Assembly (NCBI RefSeq): GCF_047275885.1
Contig: NZ_CP178454.1
Span: forward strand, 2,407,817-2,471,816
From: Anabaena azotica SJ-1
GTDB lineage: Bacteria > Cyanobacteriota > Cyanobacteriia > Cyanobacteriales > Nostocaceae
DNA length: 64,000 bases
Reading direction: 5' to 3'
In this document: in pieces, positions 62,180-64,000 of the stretch
How positions within the stretch are numbered: the first letter of the stretch is position 1
Layout of the letters: each line of letters starts with the position of its first letter
Notes under the pieces: generated by a model
Told to the model about the DNA's origin: nothing
The model's input: the letters and a program-made list of their open reading frames with translations, nothing else
The model's database searches: none
Position numbers and translations under genes: made by a program

Positions 62180-63751
62180 CTATATTTTTAATTGCATTAA
62201 AGCTTGAAACCTTTTATCTTCTCGAATACAATCAAAATCAAGATCAGTTTTTGCCCTTTTTAAAACTTCCGCTGGTTGGAGACTAATTGCTTGTTGCAGG
62301 TTTTCTAATGCTTGCTCAATTTCACCATGAAGAGCATAACAGCAAGCTTTATTATACCAACCATAATTATCATCGGGTTTTATTTTTAGGGCTTGGTCAT
62401 AAGAAAAAATTGCTTCTTCAGTACGTCCTAAATCATCAAGTGCATTGCCCCGGTTATTCCAAGCATAGTGGTCATTAGGATTGAGTTTCAGGGCTTGATC
62501 ATAAGAAAAAATTGCTTCTTCATTACGTCCTAAACTTCGTAGTGCGATTCCACGATTATACCAAGCGTAGTAATCATCAGGTTGAATTTTTAATGCTTCG
62601 TCATAAGATAAAACTGCCTCTTCATTGTGTCTTAAATTCCGCAATGCTATACCCCGATTATTCCAAGCATAATGGTCATTAGGTTTATATTTTAAAGCTT
62701 CATTATAGGATAAAATTGCTTCTTCATTTCGTCCTAAATTCCGCAGTGTATTGCCAAGTTCGTACCAAGCATAGTGGTCATGAGGGTTATGTTCTAGAGC
62801 TTCATTATAGGATAAAATTGCTTCTTCATTCCGTCCTAAATTTCGCAGTGCATTGCCTCGATTTTTCCAAGCATAGTGGTCATAAGGTTTAATTTTTATT
62901 GCTTGGTTATAAGATGAAATTGCTTCTTCATTGTCTCCTAAATTCAATAGTGCATTTCCACGGTTGTACCAAGCATAATGGTCATCTGGTTGAAATTTTA
63001 GTTCTTGTTCGTAGAATGTAATTGCGGTTTCGTACTCATGTGCAGAATAAAGTAGATTTCCTAGTTCAAATAGTAAACTGGCTCTGTTACTATCTGTTTG
63101 ATGTTTTTCTGTAAGCAGTTCTTGGATTTCTAGAACTTTTTCAATTTTTTCTTCTGGAGTAAGTTGCAGATATTTTTCATAATCTCCTTCTAATAGAAGA
63201 CGACGAGATTCTTCTTCTACTAATTCTGGTGTTGTTGGTAATTCATATACTCCAGATCGCCAATCAAAAAAATCAGGAGCGCGATGAATTAAATAGTTAA
63301 GTGAAAATGAACGCAATAAAAATACGAAGCAAAATGGAAAATCATCTCTAAATCTTTCGCGTTGTTGGTTGAGATGATTTAGTATTGGCGGCACTTTGCT
63401 TAAATTTATAAATTGACCTTCAGTGATTTCACCAAAGTTTCTTTTTTCATATTTATATAAAGAATATTCTAGACCTTTAATTAATAAGATATCAATTTGT
63501 TGGTCTTGAATGCAATTAGTTATTTGTTGATATAACTTATCAACTGGTTCAAATAAGCGTAATACGGCAATTTTTTTATGGGGAATATCCTGGGGAATTT
63601 TATTAATAAAACGGTCAGATTCCACAGGATTACATTGTACAAAGTATAAACCAAATCCTGATTTCCTTTCCACGGCGCAAAGTAAATCTTGATAAATTTC
63701 TTCAGGATCTGGAGGGAAATCTTCATCCCAGGTACTGTAATTAAGTGTCAT
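62180..63751 (-). CDS. 'Domain X' fused to an array of about 11 TPR repeats.
   Basis: The N-terminal 170 aa are homologous to the 59762..60337 product. The C-terminal TPRs show the DHYAWYNRGNAL.NLGRNEEAI.SY pattern. Confidence 0.8.
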   Translation of the reverse strand: MTLNYSTWDEDFPPDPEEIYQDLLCAVERKSGFGLYFVQCNPVESDRFINKIPQDIPHKKIAVLRLFEPVDKLYQQITNCIQDQQIDILLIKGLEYSLYKYEKRNFGEITEGQFINLSKVPPILNHLNQQRERFRDDFPFCFVFLLRSFSLNYLIHRAPDFFDWRSGVYELPTTPELVEEESRRLLLEGDYEKYLQLTPEEKIEKVLEIQELLTEKHQTDSNRASLLFELGNLLYSAHEYETAITFYEQELKFQPDDHYAWYNRGNALLNLGDNEEAISSYNQAIKIKPYDHYAWKNRGNALRNLGRNEEAILSYNEALEHNPHDHYAWYELGNTLRNLGRNEEAILSYNEALKYKPNDHYAWNNRGIALRNLRHNEEAVLSYDEALKIQPDDYYAWYNRGIALRSLGRNEEAIFSYDQALKLNPNDHYAWNNRGNALDDLGRTEEAIFSYDQALKIKPDDNYGWYNKACCYALHGEIEQALENLQQAISLQPAEVLKRAKTDLDFDCIREDKRFQALMQLKI

Positions 63752-64000
63752 ATAGATTTCATAGTAGATGCTGTCGTAAAAAATGATAAATTGGCAGAAA
63801 CTCTACACTATTAACACTAATAATCTTGTTTCCTATGTGAAAGTCATTTTTAGCAATCAGAATCTTGTTCATAAGTTAGGGTACAATCAAGAATAACAAT
63901 TTAGACATTTTTGTGAGTGAATCCTGATCACTTAATTATGGCTAATTTTAGACTGTTAATGCCTCGTGAGAAATAATGAAGATTAGCAATACCGTATTTT

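Overview
This 64 kb window is chromosomal DNA from a filamentous, heterocyst-forming cyanobacterium of the Nostocales type. The evidence is the dense 7-9 nt short tandem repeats (STRR-like), abundant HIP1 octamers (GCGATCGC), and a gene set comprising psbO, ndhF3-ndhD3-cupA, the beta-carboxysome operon ccmK2-K1-L-M-N-O, ftsQ/ftsZ and psrp3. Housekeeping genes (mnmE, hflX, grxC-gshB, ftsQ-ftsZ, psbO, a group-3 sigma factor, hisF, ruvB, folA, tex) alternate with accessory, mostly AT-rich insertions:
- Positions 1-4553: a prophage-like remnant ending in a tyrosine integrase that abuts the 3' end of mnmE.
- Four DUF29 paralogues, one of which is split by a 123 bp inverted-repeat MITE. The same MITE family occurs at two further sites and as a fragment at a fourth.
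- An orphan 16-repeat CRISPR array (37 bp repeat, no cas genes in the window).
- An AT-rich FkbM-type methyltransferase.
- A small stress-membrane cluster (holin-like DUF360, Pmp3, and an extremely Cys/Met-rich Csp-like protein).
- A conflict-system island at the right end, described next.
The right-end island is the most promising candidate for an undescribed system. It holds a VapBC pair, then a small Gly-rich 'peptidase-co-occurring'-type protein directly upstream of an orthocaspase fused to a TM segment and a Cys-containing C-terminal domain, and then a three-gene module on the minus strand. That module is an ORC/Cdc6-like STAND-type P-loop NTPase with no sensor repeats of its own, translationally coupled to a ~190 aa protein of unknown fold. 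A paralogue of that unknown domain is fused to a long TPR array, and a MITE sits in the intergenic spacer. The CO2-concentrating supercluster (ndhF3/D3/cupA divergent from the ccm operon, with a LysR regulator downstream) is intact and textbook-like. No tRNA or rRNA genes were found. Coordinates of non-ORF features were read by eye and may be off by 1-2 nt.
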